Of a DNA stretch of 32,000 nt, positions 31,815 to 32,000 are shown piece after piece. Position 1 is the first letter of the stretch. Each line of letters starts with the position of its first letter. Source of the stretch: Geotalea uraniireducens Rf4. Lineage in GTDB: Bacteria; Desulfobacterota; Desulfuromonadia; Geobacterales; Geobacteraceae. The notes under the pieces are model-generated. The model was not told where the DNA came from and made no database searches. It saw only the letters and a list, made by a program, of their open reading frames with translations. The DNA is taken from NCBI RefSeq assembly GCF_000016745.1, contig NC_009483.1, positions 4,860,001 through 4,892,000 on the forward strand, read 5' to 3'. Made by a program: the position numbers and the translations under genes.

Positions 31815-31946
31815 TTGCAATAAAACGATGCACAATCATCATAATCTGACGACTTGCATCATCAGGTAATAGTCAAATATGCAGGTCCTTCATCATCCTG
31901 TTCACGGAACGATATACATTTGTCTGTAATTGGAGTGCTGGACAAT

Positions 31947-31982
31947 AAAAAAAAGTCCCCCTGAATTCACAGGGGGACTTTT
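31947..31982 (-). terminator. Intrinsic terminator for a minus-strand gene lying beyond the right edge; potentially bidirectional
   Basis: 9-bp GC-rich stem GTCCCCCTG / CAGGGGGAC with a 6-nt loop. It is flanked by A8 on the plus strand (U8 after the hairpin on the minus strand) and by TTTT on the other side. Confidence 0.75.
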
Positions 31983-32000
31983 ATATTCAATGTATGAAAA

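Overview
The window is almost entirely minus-strand coding and reads as a Geobacter/Desulfuromonadales-like locus. That taxonomic guess rests only on gene content and order. Calls come from by-eye motif recognition; no searches or computations were run.

(1) Positions 1-18273 hold a large flagellar 'fla' block in Firmicute/spirochaete-like order: AMIN/TPR gene, flgB, flgC, fliE, fliF, fliG, fliH, fliI, fliJ, MotE/YlxF-like, fliK, flgD, flagellar-operon protein, flgE, then fliL, fliM, fliN, fliO, fliP, fliQ, fliR and the 5' end of flhB. Two good sigma-54 (-24/-12) promoter matches head the two sub-operons.

(2) Positions 18378-23586 hold a chemotaxis-type module: PAS histidine kinase, cheY, cheX, and a CheX-like phosphatase fused to a receiver whose phospho-acceptor Asp appears replaced by Glu. 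Two sigma-28-like promoters precede it, and a divergent plus-strand MCP lacks a periplasmic domain. No cheA or cheW is present.

(3) Positions 23561-31760 hold an OMF-MFP-RND efflux operon. It continues into C_GCAxxG_C_C, DUF2892, MBL-fold hydrolase, periplasmic rhodanese and an ArsR-family regulator, which together resemble a split YgaV/YgaP-like sulfur or redox module.

The structure least explained by gene calls is a pair of related heptanucleotide tandem arrays inside the flagellar operon: (CGAGGAA)15(CGAGGTT)3 between fliP and fliQ, and (GTTCGAR)6 upstream of flgE. Each is paired with an imperfect complementary arm placed right after the preceding stop codon.

No tRNA, rRNA, CRISPR, IS or prophage signatures were seen. 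Many ORF-track starts are GTG/TTG extensions, so I trimmed several to an ATG or GTG with a Shine-Dalgarno.
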